From Chiloscyllium plagiosum (lineage: Eukaryota): a stretch of DNA of 64,000 nt. Position numbers and translations under genes: made by a program. The stretch spans positions 838,112 to 902,111 of the forward strand of contig NC_057759.1 of the NCBI RefSeq assembly GCF_004010195.1. The letters run 5' to 3'. Positions within the stretch are counted from its first letter, which is position 1, and each line of letters starts with the position of its first letter. The notes beneath the pieces are model-generated. The model was given only the letters and a program-made list of their open reading frames with translations, was not told the DNA's origin and did not search any database. Shown here piece by piece: positions 62,941 through 64,000 of the stretch.

Positions 62941-64000
62941 GAATTAATTTGCAAAACAAAAATCAGATATTTCCAAATGTAACACCCATTTACTTAAGGT
63001 ATCACCGACTGATGAGTGGAGAATGTATTAGAAAATTTATGATGCAGAAACTATATCCACTCAAAGAAAGAAGCAGATACTGAGAGGTTTAATCTGAGTC
63101 TAGAACTACTGAATGTTTGAACTTCACATAAAATGTTGCTGAATACTAGAATTGAACCTGGGTCACTGGTGCTGTTAATCCGCAGTGGCAACCATTGATT
63201 CACTGTGCTTACTATAATGTACTTATCATACCAATAATACCACATGGATATTGACACATAATGAATCTCACTTCAAGAACATTAACAGAAAAGGCAACCT
63301 CGTGCAATCCAGAAGAAAAAAATATGTGGACCTCATCCATTCATTTTCCAGAAATTTATCCCATATTCATTCAGAGCACAAAAAGCTATCAGATCAGAAT
63401 AAAATTCGAACTCACCTACCAGGTTCCAGGTTGACATTTAAAGAAGAAATTCGTTATTTTCTCTTTGGGATTCAAAGTTAATAAAGCACAAACACATACG
63501 GTAACAATGAGTCATGCTGACAGAATTGCATCCACATTCTCTGACTGTGATGGATTGGCAGATGGATAATTGCAATCACACAGACATACACAGATCATCA
63601 ACAAATTCGCAAAGAGCTTAAAACAAAATCAATTGAGTGCCAGCAAACTCGCACCTTAAGAGGAAGATGAGTAGAAATGTGACTGTACTCATCATGCAGA
63701 AAGCTAGCCTAATTCTATGGGAACACAGGTAGTGATAACATTATGGCAGTTGATGATATTTCAATTCAATTGATAAATCCGGATAACAATTGCTGAAAAC
63801 AATGATGGCCTTGAAACTATCATCCAATATCTTTCTAATGTTCATTATCTTCATTTGGTCTGACTGAAATTAACTCCAGAGACAAACCAAAGTTGGTGAT
63901 TTTTGCCTTGGCTGTGATATCCATTCAAAGCGGAATTTAGGATGGGTAACAATTCCTGACTTCACTAGCCTTGCACAAATCACATAAGAAAACAGGGGGA

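Overview
Repeat-dense vertebrate genomic DNA, most likely from a cartilaginous fish (shark). This is inferred from recognisable CR1/HER1 LINEs, HE1-type tRNA SINEs, Rex1/Babar LINEs and Penelope-like elements. Almost all ORFs in the supplied track are retroelement debris. Reading splice sites on the minus strand gives a complete, phase-consistent 9-exon gene (ATG 44371 to TAA 20256; 1074 nt, 357 aa). It encodes a type I Ig-superfamily receptor with a signal peptide split over two exons, an atypical 9-cysteine first Ig domain, an LRC/LILR-like C2 second Ig domain and an uncharged TM. The tail carries four tyrosine motifs, including a canonical ITIM (VTYAVL) and a C-terminal ITSM-like motif (CVYMDV). 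Positions 1-2510 are a diverged tandem paralog of the 3' part of this gene with a decayed exon, which implies a multigene receptor cluster continuing off the left edge. Also present: a C2H2 zinc-finger pseudogene fragment (~60.1-60.5 kb), palindromic Penelope-derived insertions with TSDs, several minimal hammerhead-ribozyme cores, a probable solo LTR, two Tigger/pogo-like MITEs and two recent tandem duplications. The gene model is hand-built from GT-AG sites and phase logic without transcript evidence, and repeat boundaries are approximate.
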